Shown here one piece after another: positions 36,997 through 46,841 of a DNA stretch of 62,195 nucleotides (the stretch's first letter is position 1; every line of letters begins with the position of its first letter). The position numbers were made by a program, and so were the translations under genes. The DNA is from a virus (lineage: Duplodnaviria > Caudoviricetes), in IMG/VR virus record IMGVR_UViG_3300042539_001868, positions 1-62,195 of that record. The stretch is one strand, 5' to 3'. The notes under the pieces were generated by a model. That model saw only the letters and a list, made by a program, of their open reading frames with translations. It searched no databases and was not told the origin of the DNA.

Positions 36997-37605
36997 TTAA
37001 ATTCCTGTTGAACCAAATCCGTTACTATTCCTGTCTTTATTTGCCGTCTCATTTTTTTCTTCCAACTCAACCCACGCTCCATTAACAACAGGACAAAGAA
37101 CCGCTTGAGCAACTTTCATTCCTTTTGTTATTTTAAATGGTTCGTTATTTGTGTTAAATAAAATAACTTTAACCTCTCCTGTGTATCCGTTATCAACAGT
37201 TCCAGGTGAGTTTAAACACATTAATCCTTGATTAATTGCTAGCCCACTTTTTGACCTAACTTGAATTTCAAAACCGTCTTTAATATCAAATGATAGTCCT
37301 GTAGGAATCAATGCTCTTCCAAAAGGCTCTAATACAACCTCTTCAGTTGAATATAAGTCAAAACCTGAATCGCTTGGATAATTGTATTTTGGAGCTACCG
37401 CATCAGGATGTAATTTTTTATAACCAAGTAAATGAGTTGGTTTGTAATTTCTCATTTCTTCATCAAGTTCCTTAACATCAATCCCACTAGCCTTAAATAA
37501 TTCATTATAATCAAAATTATCTAAATCACCATTATCCATAACACCTTTTAATTTTTCGGCATACTCTCTAAGAGCATCCAAATCCATATTTTCACCTAAA
37601 TTCAT
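36997..37605 (-). CDS. dut: Trimeric dUTPase with acidic N-terminal extension
   Basis: DSGFDL, IPTGL, RSKSGLA, NSPGTVDNGYTGE, KVAQ and R..NGFGSTG motifs. Confidence 0.95.
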   Translation of the reverse strand: MNLGENMDLDALREYAEKLKGVMDNGDLDNFDYNELFKASGIDVKELDEEMRNYKPTHLLGYKKLHPDAVAPKYNYPSDSGFDLYSTEEVVLEPFGRALIPTGLSFDIKDGFEIQVRSKSGLAINQGLMCLNSPGTVDNGYTGEVKVILFNTNNEPFKITKGMKVAQAVLCPVVNGAWVELEEKNETANKDRNSNGFGSTGI

Positions 37606-38324
37606 TTTTTTAAACTTTTTAATTTTTTTATAACCTCAATTAAAACCTCAACATCTCTTTCACAATATTTTGAAATCTCTTCTAATTTATTGTCAATCCA
37701 ATAACTGTCATGTACTTTATCACCGGTAACTTCACCATCTTTAGATGTTGGTATATCCAAACAAGAACATAACAAATCCAAAGAACCAATTGAAGTATAA
37801 GAACCATATTGCCAAATTTCTTTTGTGTCTATGGCCTTAACTTCCCAAGGTTTTGTATCATATGATGGAAGAATTGAAGGTGGTAATATTCCATTAACAA
37901 TCATTCTTTTTGCTAACATTGGAATATCAAAGTTCTTTAAGTTGTGTCCACATAAAAAGAAATCCAATCTTCCACATCTATCTAAAAGTTTTTGAACATT
38001 TTCTAAAAGAACTTTTTCATCATCTCCTGAGAAAGTTTGTTTTTTAATTTCTCCATTATCCATAACAAAGGCGGCACTCACACAAACAATTTTTGAAAAC
38101 TCAGGTACAAGACCTGCACGTTTCTTAAAAACTTCGTTCATTAATTGAGTTGATTCCATTCCAACTTGATTGTCTTCAGGAAATCTTTTTAAAAACCAAT
38201 CGAAATATTTTTCAAATTGGTTTGCCATATTTGGATTTAAATTTTGACAAATTTCATAGTCAGGACAACACCCAACGGTTTCAATGTCCAAAAACAATAT
38301 TTTACTAATCGGAATATTAATCAT
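37602..38324 (-). CDS. DEDD 3'-5' exonuclease (PolB exo2-like)
   Basis: ExoI FLDIET, ExoII GHNLKNFDIP and ExoIII YCERDV. Confidence 0.9.
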   Translation of the reverse strand: MINIPISKILFLDIETVGCCPDYEICQNLNPNMANQFEKYFDWFLKRFPEDNQVGMESTQLMNEVFKKRAGLVPEFSKIVCVSAAFVMDNGEIKKQTFSGDDEKVLLENVQKLLDRCGRLDFFLCGHNLKNFDIPMLAKRMIVNGILPPSILPSYDTKPWEVKAIDTKEIWQYGSYTSIGSLDLLCSCLDIPTSKDGEVTGDKVHDSYWIDNKLEEISKYCERDVEVLIEVIKKLKSLKK

Positions 38325-38325
38325 T

Positions 38326-39543
38326 TTACTTTACAATTGATTTGTACCACTCAGCTCTATCTTTTGTTATATTTTTTAAATGATATTTGTCTTTAACAGT
38401 TTCATATAATCTGTTGCCCATATCTTCTATCATATTTGGATTTTGAATCAACTTTTTAATGTATTTGTGCCAATCACTATGATTGTTAACTTCATTAACT
38501 AATAGAGCATTACCATCAGTAAATTCACCATTTTTCAATGAATGTTTCAAATCAATAGTATACGGACCTACATTAGATGCGATTAACGCTTTCTTATAAA
38601 ATCCCGCCTCAATAACTTTTAATTGTGATTTAACTCTATTGAATATATGATTTTTAATTGGTGCTAATGAAATGTCTAATTTAGAATAATTCATTGCGTA
38701 ACTTGTTACAGGTTTTGTCCAAACTCTTAAATAAGGAAGTGACTTATCTGATTTAAATTCACCTTCTTTAAATTCCATTAAGAACTTTTTATAGTCCTCA
38801 TCAATAATTTTGTAATTATCGGTGAACAATTCTTCATATCTCGCCCAAACTGTTTCGTGAGGTAAAATATCTCTTTTCTTTTGTTCACCTGTTTCTTTAT
38901 TGATTTCGGTTACATAACCTCTAGTATCAAACCCACAAATTACATATTGAATTTTACTATTGAGGTCAGCTCCATTTTTACTAACAACACCACGAAGTAA
39001 TTCCAAATCATGTAAGTGAGATGAACCACCTAACCAACCAACTCGGATTCTATCTGAAGGTAACGTAGGTTCTTTAAATTGATTTTCATCAGGATTAATT
39101 CCATTTGGAAAAACTACAACATTTTTGTTTAACTTTTTTATTTCATTTGCAAAAACTTCAGTAGTTGTTGTGACATACTGAGCGTGACGCAAGTTTTCCA
39201 TAATTTTCTTATCAATTTGATTTTGAACAATTATAGAGTGAATTGGATGTTCTTTTGTCGGTAACCAATAGTCGTCTAAATCAACAACTGTAACAATACC
39301 CATATCTTTTAATCCTTTAAGGATACTTGGAGTCATGTTATAGTCATGCCCAATATTTCTGTGGATATGGACTATTTGATATTTTTTCCAATAATTTGGG
39401 TCTTGAATTTTAGGTTGATAATCAATATCCACGTGAAAATCATCGGGGTACATATTTTGTAACATTACATGGGGGTCGACTGAACGAAATTTCCCAACTC
39501 CACTTGTGTCTGATGGGAGAACTAAAACATTAATTTTTGACAT
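38326..39543 (-). CDS. Glycosyltransferase, GT4-like/GT-B fold
   Basis: G.G.FR...P, DLDDYW, VGWLGG.SH..DL and DISLAP....FN..KS.LK.IEAG...ALIAS. Confidence 0.85.
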   Translation of the reverse strand: MSKINVLVLPSDTSGVGKFRSVDPHVMLQNMYPDDFHVDIDYQPKIQDPNYWKKYQIVHIHRNIGHDYNMTPSILKGLKDMGIVTVVDLDDYWLPTKEHPIHSIIVQNQIDKKIMENLRHAQYVTTTTEVFANEIKKLNKNVVVFPNGINPDENQFKEPTLPSDRIRVGWLGGSSHLHDLELLRGVVSKNGADLNSKIQYVICGFDTRGYVTEINKETGEQKKRDILPHETVWARYEELFTDNYKIIDEDYKKFLMEFKEGEFKSDKSLPYLRVWTKPVTSYAMNYSKLDISLAPIKNHIFNRVKSQLKVIEAGFYKKALIASNVGPYTIDLKHSLKNGEFTDGNALLVNEVNNHSDWHKYIKKLIQNPNMIEDMGNRLYETVKDKYHLKNITKDRAEWYKSIVK

Positions 39544-39596
39544 AAATACTAAATTATATGGAAAATATAATCTAATACTTTTGGATTATCAACTTC

Positions 39597-39631
39597 AAAA
39601 AAAAATCCACACATAAAATGTGAGGATTTTT
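39597..39631. terminator. Terminator hairpin
   Basis: A-run then aatcc-a-cacat-aaa-atgtg-a-ggatt then T-run, downstream of 39650-40246(-). Confidence 0.6.
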
Positions 39632-39649
39632 ATTAAATTTGTAATACTT

Positions 39650-40246
39650 TTATTTACCGACTTTTTTAATCTTGGTTACTTTACCTTCAAATACATGACT
39701 ACCTACTTTAAAAGTAAAAAGGTCATTACTTTTGTTAACTGATTCAATTAATAAACCATTCTCAGACAAAACTTCTTTAACAGTTTCTTTAAGTATTGCT
39801 TTTAAATCTGTATGAGATAAACCTAAATTATTAGAAACACTTTCAGTTCTTCTTTGAGGTATAGGACCTGTTTGTTTACCTGACGCGTCAACATTCATAA
39901 GTCTTGCTGCCTTATCTACTAAATCGTTAGAAAGTGATGGCCCACCAACTGATGGTTGTTGAATAGGATGTTCAATCATTAATTGTTTAATTTCATCAGG
40001 TAACTTAGATGTTAATATTCTATCTTTGGTAGCTAATTGTGATTGTTGAGGTTGTTGTATAGGTCTTGATTCCTGAATATATTCTTGAGGTAAATTGTAT
40101 TTTGCTTGAGGAACTTGGTAATCTTCTACTTCAGGCATATTTGGTAAAGGTAATGAAGAATTACCTGCTCTTGGTATTGATTGATGTTTTTCCATGATTT
40201 TTTTAGAAATCATTAATTTTTGTATTAATTCGTTTTCTGCTGACAT
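39650..40246 (-). CDS. Hypothetical (putative virion) protein
   Basis: SKLPDEIK..MIEHPI motif, L/IxE|S sites and C-terminal VG..VFEGKVT. Confidence 0.6.
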   Translation of the reverse strand: MSAENELIQKLMISKKIMEKHQSIPRAGNSSLPLPNMPEVEDYQVPQAKYNLPQEYIQESRPIQQPQQSQLATKDRILTSKLPDEIKQLMIEHPIQQPSVGGPSLSNDLVDKAARLMNVDASGKQTGPIPQRRTESVSNNLGLSHTDLKAILKETVKEVLSENGLLIESVNKSNDLFTFKVGSHVFEGKVTKIKKVGK

Positions 40247-40251
40247 AAATT

Positions 40252-40644
40252 TTATTCTTGTTGGTCAAAGTTTGCGTTTATTATAACTCTTAACATACTC
40301 TTATCTCCCGTTCTATTGTAACCTGGTCTTGGAGTGTTAAATTTTTCTCCTGAAGGTTTGAATGAAAGAATCTTGTCAACCCTAAAAAGACGCCAACCTG
40401 GTAATGGTTGTTCACCTTTGTAAGCGGTATGAGAAGACCCTTGTTCATCCCAAGCTCTCAAAACAGGATTATCAGATTTACTATAACCGAAACAAACAGG
40501 TTCAATTTGACGAAGTCCTCGTCCACCTGGCTCGTCACCATCATAATAAATGATAATCTTATTTTTTTTCTTAATAGCGTCAACGATAGAATCGATTGAT
40601 GCTACTTCTAAAATAAGGGATTTAACTGTGTTGTAAAGTTTCAT
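40252..40644 (-). CDS. WYL-domain protein
   Basis: I.DAI......I.Y...R.IEP..FG....LRAW....GWRLFRVDKI is the WYL fold signature. Confidence 0.8.
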   Translation of the reverse strand: MKLYNTVKSLILEVASIDSIVDAIKKKNKIIIYYDGDEPGGRGLRQIEPVCFGYSKSDNPVLRAWDEQGSSHTAYKGEQPLPGWRLFRVDKILSFKPSGEKFNTPRPGYNRTGDKSMLRVIINANFDQQE

Positions 40645-40937
40645 TATAAACCTGGAGTTGTGTATGGTTTGTTAGGTTGGAATTTGTTTACAACAATTTC
40701 AGCTTTACGCTCCACGATATCTTGAATCGCACCTGCGTTTTGATTGTAAACATCTAAAAATCCACCCGTACCTTTTCCTTGTTCATCACCATCAGCTAAA
40801 GCGTCAGGATTTGTTGATGAGTAAAGATTTGCTTTATTAAAATCATTTTTTGGAAACAATTTAGCTCTTTCAGCTTCCGCAATTGAACTTAAAGTGTTTT
40901 TTGGTTGTTCGAAATTTAAAGGTTCTACTTGTGCCAT
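40644..40937 (-). CDS. Hypothetical protein
   Basis: 97-aa ORF with YS..NPDALADGD..GKG motif; part of the operon. Confidence 0.7.
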   Translation of the reverse strand: MAQVEPLNFEQPKNTLSSIAEAERAKLFPKNDFNKANLYSSTNPDALADGDEQGKGTGGFLDVYNQNAGAIQDIVERKAEIVVNKFQPNKPYTTPGL

Positions 40938-40941
40938 AATA

Positions 40942-41412
40942 TTAAATTATTTTATTTATTAGTTCGTTTATTCTTTTTAGACTTTCTGTTATCGCAACAT
41001 TAAAATCATTAGTATTTGAATGATGACTTTTTGCTAGTCTATTCATGTTTTTTAAATTATTTTTTTCATGAGGTTGGATAAATTGATTTGATAACGCAAT
41101 CGACCTATTTTTTTTCAGACTATGAACATCATCCCTCATAGAGTCTAAGCATTGGTTCACCCATTCTTTAACATAATAACCACCATTCAAAATAAATGGT
41201 AAATCACTATCCATTCCTTTGAAGGAATCAAACCAATTTTTAATTCTTTTTAATTGTTGATAAGTTATTTCTCCTGACTCACGAAGTTCTTGGTTTCTTT
41301 TATATCCTTCGGTAGTCTCACTTGCACCTTTAGCCGATTCGAAACACTTATTCAAATATTCAGTTACTTCTTTTGGTATTGGTATATTTTTTCCGTATAA
41401 ATCCTTATTCAT
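40942..41412 (-). CDS. Hypothetical (putative virion) protein
   Basis: G..R..EL....ITYQQLKRIKNWF...LNGG..K.WV module; C-terminal ITESLKRINELI. Confidence 0.6.
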   Translation of the reverse strand: MNKDLYGKNIPIPKEVTEYLNKCFESAKGASETTEGYKRNQELRESGEITYQQLKRIKNWFDSFKGMDSDLPFILNGGYYVKEWVNQCLDSMRDDVHSLKKNRSIALSNQFIQPHEKNNLKNMNRLAKSHHSNTNDFNVAITESLKRINELINKII

Positions 41413-42292
41413 TTGTTTTTAACGCTTTGATAAGTTGATTAATACTTATACCTTCTTTTTCTGCCAATTTTTTTATTGACTTAATATTTTTCAATAAAAT
41501 TTTATTCAACCCAGAATTTTTACTAACAACATCTGAGTCATTTCTATCTCGTTTTGAAAGTATGTCTTCCACCATTTTTTCCATGGCTCTTTTTTGTTCT
41601 TCATCAATATTACTATTTTCAGATACTATTTTTTCTAACAATGAAGACATCATATCTTTTTGTTGTTCTTCAATAGTTTTTTCAGATAAACGTTGTTTTA
41701 ACTTACCACCTTTTCTTTTAGCTTTAGGAAGTTTACCAAATTCTTTTGCTCTATGTTTTGGATTATCAACACCCATATCTTTTAATGTTTTTACCGTATT
41801 CTTAAAATCCATGTTTTCAGTTTCTTCATATCCAAAAGCATCTGAATAATCAACTTCTGAAACAACATTATCTTGTTCGTCTTCACTTTCACCCCAATAT
41901 ACACGATATCCTCTAGTTACAGGGTCATTTGACACACGAGACATAGGTATGGTTTGGTCCATAGTTTTTCTTGGATGGTTCAACATGTTTAAAAAAGGAA
42001 CTTTTGAGTTTGTGAATGTTCCATCAGAATCAACTAACTCATCAAGTTCTTCTACATCTTTTAAATCTTTTTCTAATTCTTTTTTGTTCGGTTTAGTTTT
42101 TTTATTTAAAAACTTATCCATAACTTTTTTTACTTTATTTGCGTCCTTTTTTTTGAATTCTTTTTTCTCATCTTTTTTTCTTGATTCAGATATTGTATCG
42201 GCAATCGAATAATAAAGGGAAATATTTTCGCCTTTATCTTTCAAGAAGAAATAACAATTATTTTTAAAGTATTCTTGGTTATAAGAAATCAT
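41405..42292 (-). CDS. Hypothetical (putative virion) protein
   Basis: Multiple ISE|S, LDE|L, VSE|V and LSE|K sites with alternating basic and acidic blocks; TATTTAT upstream. Confidence 0.6.
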   Translation of the reverse strand: MISYNQEYFKNNCYFFLKDKGENISLYYSIADTISESRKKDEKKEFKKKDANKVKKVMDKFLNKKTKPNKKELEKDLKDVEELDELVDSDGTFTNSKVPFLNMLNHPRKTMDQTIPMSRVSNDPVTRGYRVYWGESEDEQDNVVSEVDYSDAFGYEETENMDFKNTVKTLKDMGVDNPKHRAKEFGKLPKAKRKGGKLKQRLSEKTIEEQQKDMMSSLLEKIVSENSNIDEEQKRAMEKMVEDILSKRDRNDSDVVSKNSGLNKILLKNIKSIKKLAEKEGISINQLIKALKTNE

Positions 42293-42305
42293 ACTCTTTT
42301 TCTCA

Positions 42306-42332
42306 ATAAATACTTCGAAACAATGTATTTAT
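42306..42332. promoter_or_regulatory. Back-to-back GTATTTAT elements driving divergent structural operons
   Basis: ataaatac (42306-42313) and gtatttat (42325-42332) form an inverted pair in the 51-bp gap between 42292(-) and 42344(+). Confidence 0.6.
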
Positions 42333-42343
42333 CATAAAAAAAG

Positions 42344-45300
42344 ATGGCATCTCAAAATATTAACCAATATGTTTATCCGAACTTGTTCCCGCAACTTAGT
42401 TTGGAATCATATGATATGTCTTTAACCTCAGATGAAAGAGATTTCAATCAAGAAGTTGTGTTCTCACCGTATCTGATTGCACAAACATATGGTAATAGAT
42501 TGCCTTTTTATTTTGACATTAATAACACAAATTCCGCTCAAAATTTAACACTCAATTATAAAGAGTATAATAGGAATAATATTTTTGTTTCTGAGAATTA
42601 TTACAATCCTGATAATATAGATTTTTCTTGTGTAACATCGGGTCAATCATGCGATATAGGACTCACAGGTATTGATAATGGTTTAGTTCAAAACATGACA
42701 GGAGAAACAATAACATTTACAAATGGATTGTTACCTAATTTACTCAAATTCGATAGAATGAGTTTTGATAGAAGATTAAAACTTTTCCAAGTCACTGGAA
42801 ATACAAGTGACCCAAATATTAGATTTTCAGGATTTTCTGATAGAGTTTTATACGAAGTTGTAAGTAAGTTTAGTCCATTTGAAGGTAGATATCACGAACT
42901 ATACGGAGGTTTTTATCAAGGTTTTTACAAATTATTTGGTTACGATTATGAAATTTTTCCTGAAAGGATGAATAAGGGGTGGACGGTTGAAATGATTTTA
43001 AAACCAAGATTTGTAAACGAATATGAACCAACTGAAGGTGAAACAACCTTAAATAAAATATACCCAAATAATAAAAATACTTTCTTTTATTTTGGAGGTA
43101 GGGCGGAAAATAAATTTTATCATCATGCCGATGGTACTCAAGAATGTTATACAGGATATACAAGAGTTACATCAGATTTAACAACTCTTGAAACTTGCGC
43201 TTGTTGTAATACAAGTGTAACAAACAGTAGATGTATATATGTTTACCCTCCAAGGTCTGTAAATAACGTTCACGACCCACATGTAAATTATGGATGTGAT
43301 TTATGTGGTGGAAATAAAGAAAAACGAATTAGTTGTGGTTGTGATTGTAATAGTACTGCTTGTGAAACTTGTGGTTGGGAGTGTCAGACTCATATTTGTC
43401 CAACACCAAGCCCAACACCAACACCAACACAATCAGTAACTCCAACACCAAGCCCTACTTCAGGATTGTTACCTACAATAACACCAACTCCAAGCCAAAC
43501 GACTGGATTAACACCAACTCCAAGTCCCACTCCCGGATTAACACCAACTCAAACCGTAGTGACTGATATTTTCAGAGGTTTATATTTGAATGACTTTAAT
43601 ACAATTATTGGAAATCCAACTGAGGAACAAAATGTTTATAATTGGGTTCAAAACAATAAAATCAACCATGTTTATTGTTATGATTTAACTCCAATTTTGG
43701 CAACACTTACAGGTCGAAATAATGTTAGAAATTTTAATACGACCATTAGAAACTACGGTGTTTTAAAAATTGCGGGTATCGGTGCTACGGAAAAGACATT
43801 AATTGGTAGTGGTACTACAGGTCAAAACTCAAGAGTTTATTATAATAATGAGTGTACTCAACCTTCACAAAAATACGATATTTTAAATATCGAAAATGAA
43901 TATTGGAATTATAATGGTGCGAGCCCTTATATAAATCCGGGAACAAATGGTCAAATAAGATATGACAACGGTACTAACTTAGATTGGAAATCTCAAAACG
44001 GAAACGTTTATCAATACGGTATTACAAATAATATTGAATCTGATGTATACCAAGGAATAATTCGTGACGGAAAAAATAGCCCTCCAACCCCACCATTCAA
44101 TTTAAAAGTACCTGATACAACAATTGCTCTTGATTTAGTTAATAACTCAAGAAGATTATTAATAGATTGTTATTTGACAACCGCACAATTCACATCATCA
44201 CCTGATGCAGGTTTCAATCATATTTTAACAAGATTAACACTTTTAGGAAACGCGTCATTATCATCGTCCAAAGTCACTGAAATTGTTATATTGTTCAACG
44301 CTAAAGACGCGTTTATGAAATCTTATTTCGTTGCCAATCCTTTAGATTCCGCCTACAATACCGTATTGTCATCATTTAATAGTAATACTTTTTCAGGTAA
44401 AGCGGGTGTGAAGTTAGTTGGTTTTATGATGTTTGGTTATCAACAAGTTAAAGACATTTTAAATGTTCAACAACAAAATTTATTTTTACCACCAACTCCA
44501 ACACCATCTTTAGAAGTATGTGATGTTATTAAACCTGTTTGCACACCTACATGTACTAAATGTGATACTTGTACAACTTGTGATAATTGTACTTCAGGTT
44601 GGACATCAATTGAAAATACTTGTGAAACCGACCCACTGTTAGATGCAAACGGTATTTCATTTAGATTATGTGGTGACCCTAAAAATCCTCAAATCGGGGT
44701 TAGAGCGATAGTTTTTACAGGACAATGTGAAACTACAGGTACTTGTTCAAACACAGGTTCAACATATGTAACTGGTTACACCATTGTTGATTACTGTAGC
44801 CCTCCGATATATCCTTATTGTTTATCGGTTAATCCCGCATATTTGGAAGAGGAACATTGGTTTCAATTAGATGCTGTTTGGGAAAGATATACTTGGTTAG
44901 ATAATTGTGATTTATGGTACAGAGGTGGTTTAGGTAATATAACTGAGAAACTATATTTGGAAGGTTTAGCCAATAATACTAGCTCTTTAATTACTGTACC
45001 ATATACCCAAGAAAATGGGAAAACATCAGAACAAATTGAATTGATTAATTTAAATTCAAAATGGTTTGATGAAAAAAAATATAGAAAAGGAAGACTCAAA
45101 TTTTATATCAATGGTAAGTTATTTTACACTATTGAAGATTTTGAAGAGATTATTCCAAGAGCTTTGAGTACGGATAAAGAAAAACAAGTCGGAGTTCCAT
45201 TTAATGTTTCTTGGGGTGGAGGAACACAAGGTTTGAGAGAGAACTTAACCTTCTCATCGATGACACAACCTTACGGACCATACATACAAGACCCTGAATG

Positions 45301-46291
45301 TTTTCCAATTAATGATTTATCGGGAACAACACTTAATAGATTAAAAACTAATATAATAATAGAACAAAATTTTGCGGGAACTTTTGAAGGCGCTATTTCA
45401 CAATTCAGAATGTATGTTACACCATTAAGTGCTCCTGAAATTAAACATAATTTTGATTTATTAAAAAATACATTTAGGATGTTTAATCCTGATTGTCCAA
45501 ATTGTGAGAACCCTTGTCCTCCAAATGATTTTACATATCAAATTATTGAACCAACCACAACAACCACAACCACTTCACCTATTACAACCACGACTACAAC
45601 AATAATACCGACCACGACCACAACTACAATTTTAACACCATTTGGTTTAGGTCGAGAATTATCGGCGGATAAAAGAGATTTAAATTATCTTATTTCAAAT
45701 AAATTACCAAGACCAAAAATTTCAATTTCTGAAAGATATTGGGATGATGAAAGATGGTGGGGAGACCAAGGTAATACACCACAATGTGTTGGGTACGCAT
45801 GGTCACATTGGATTGATGATGGACCTATAATACATGCCGGTAGAAGACCAAATGTAAATCCGACAACTTTATATAGAGAATCACAAAAACGTGACCAATG
45901 GCCGGGTGAAAACTACAATGGAACATCAGTTAGAGGTGGTGCTAAATACTTACAAGAAATTGGTAAGATTAAATCTTACTTATGGGCGTTTGATGTTCAA
46001 ACTTTAATGAATACTGTTTTAACACAAGGCCCTGTTGTTGTTGGTACTAATTGGTATTATAACATGTTTTTTCCTGATAGGAATGGATTAATAAGAGCGT
46101 CTGGTAGATGGATGGGAGGTCACGCCTACGTTATAAATGGTGTTAACACAAAAACACAATTATTTAGAATCAAAAATAGTTGGGGTAGAAATTGGGGTCA
46201 AAAAGGAAGAGCGTTTATAAGTTTTTCTGATATGACAAGATTGATAAGAGAAGGTGGAGAAATATGTTTAGGAACTGAAAATAAATTTTAA
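42344..46291 (+). CDS. Large virion protein: LamG-like scaffold with Cys-rich/PT inserts, inserted TIM-barrel-like domain and C-terminal papain-like (C1A) peptidase
   Basis: LamG-like GWTVEMILKP, KFYINGKL and F.G.ISQFRMY..PLS..EI..NF; peptidase DQG..PQCVGYA, GGHAYVING and IKNSWG..WG..G. Confidence 0.75.
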   Translation: MASQNINQYVYPNLFPQLSLESYDMSLTSDERDFNQEVVFSPYLIAQTYGNRLPFYFDINNTNSAQNLTLNYKEYNRNNIFVSENYYNPDNIDFSCVTSGQSCDIGLTGIDNGLVQNMTGETITFTNGLLPNLLKFDRMSFDRRLKLFQVTGNTSDPNIRFSGFSDRVLYEVVSKFSPFEGRYHELYGGFYQGFYKLFGYDYEIFPERMNKGWTVEMILKPRFVNEYEPTEGETTLNKIYPNNKNTFFYFGGRAENKFYHHADGTQECYTGYTRVTSDLTTLETCACCNTSVTNSRCIYVYPPRSVNNVHDPHVNYGCDLCGGNKEKRISCGCDCNSTACETCGWECQTHICPTPSPTPTPTQSVTPTPSPTSGLLPTITPTPSQTTGLTPTPSPTPGLTPTQTVVTDIFRGLYLNDFNTIIGNPTEEQNVYNWVQNNKINHVYCYDLTPILATLTGRNNVRNFNTTIRNYGVLKIAGIGATEKTLIGSGTTGQNSRVYYNNECTQPSQKYDILNIENEYWNYNGASPYINPGTNGQIRYDNGTNLDWKSQNGNVYQYGITNNIESDVYQGIIRDGKNSPPTPPFNLKVPDTTIALDLVNNSRRLLIDCYLTTAQFTSSPDAGFNHILTRLTLLGNASLSSSKVTEIVILFNAKDAFMKSYFVANPLDSAYNTVLSSFNSNTFSGKAGVKLVGFMMFGYQQVKDILNVQQQNLFLPPTPTPSLEVCDVIKPVCTPTCTKCDTCTTCDNCTSGWTSIENTCETDPLLDANGISFRLCGDPKNPQIGVRAIVFTGQCETTGTCSNTGSTYVTGYTIVDYCSPPIYPYCLSVNPAYLEEEHWFQLDAVWERYTWLDNCDLWYRGGLGNITEKLYLEGLANNTSSLITVPYTQENGKTSEQIELINLNSKWFDEKKYRKGRLKFYINGKLFYTIEDFEEIIPRALSTDKEKQVGVPFNVSWGGGTQGLRENLTFSSMTQPYGPYIQDPECFPINDLSGTTLNRLKTNIIIEQNFAGTFEGAISQFRMYVTPLSAPEIKHNFDLLKNTFRMFNPDCPNCENPCPPNDFTYQIIEPTTTTTTTSPITTTTTTIIPTTTTTTILTPFGLGRELSADKRDLNYLISNKLPRPKISISERYWDDERWWGDQGNTPQCVGYAWSHWIDDGPIIHAGRRPNVNPTTLYRESQKRDQWPGENYNGTSVRGGAKYLQEIGKIKSYLWAFDVQTLMNTVLTQGPVVVGTNWYYNMFFPDRNGLIRASGRWMGGHAYVINGVNTKTQLFRIKNSWGRNWGQKGRAFISFSDMTRLIREGGEICLGTENKF

Positions 46292-46294
46292 GTT

Positions 46295-46780
46295 ATGAAT
46301 GAGTTAATAATAATAAGTAGTGAAAATTGGGATGGACAAGATGTAAACATTTTGTTTAAACCTGATAATGATGAAATTGTTTTAAATTTAGGTGACGTAA
46401 CACTACCGTTTACTTTTCAACCAAGTTTATTGATTCCTCCAAGGGAAATATATGGCACTTATACTATTGTTACATTGAGTGGTGGATGTCCATATTTTTT
46501 AAATGTGATAAGACCAACACCTACCCCTACACCAACTATAACGGTTACTAAAACGCCAACACTTACTCCTACACCTACAATCACCCCTACGCCAACATTT
46601 GACCCTTGTAAAGTTCCCACACCGACACCATCAATTACTTCAACTCCAACCGTTACACCGACAATTACAATAACTCCATCATCAACTTGTACAAATCCAT
46701 GTGGATGTCCTGACCCAAGCAAGACTCCAAAACCTACGACAACACCAACACCAACTCCGTCTTACAATACTTGTAATTAA
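46295..46780 (+). CDS. Pro/Thr-rich virion protein
   Basis: N-terminal small beta domain ([15 protein letters not shown]...C) followed by a PT-repeat tail with Cys. Confidence 0.7.
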   Translation: MNELIIISSENWDGQDVNILFKPDNDEIVLNLGDVTLPFTFQPSLLIPPREIYGTYTIVTLSGGCPYFLNVIRPTPTPTPTITVTKTPTLTPTPTITPTPTFDPCKVPTPTPSITSTPTVTPTITITPSSTCTNPCGCPDPSKTPKPTTTPTPTPSYNTCN

Positions 46781-46841
46781 CCATACCTTTATTCTTAAAC
46801 TTACTGTTCTATAATTTAATGGACTTAACTATTTATTGTTG

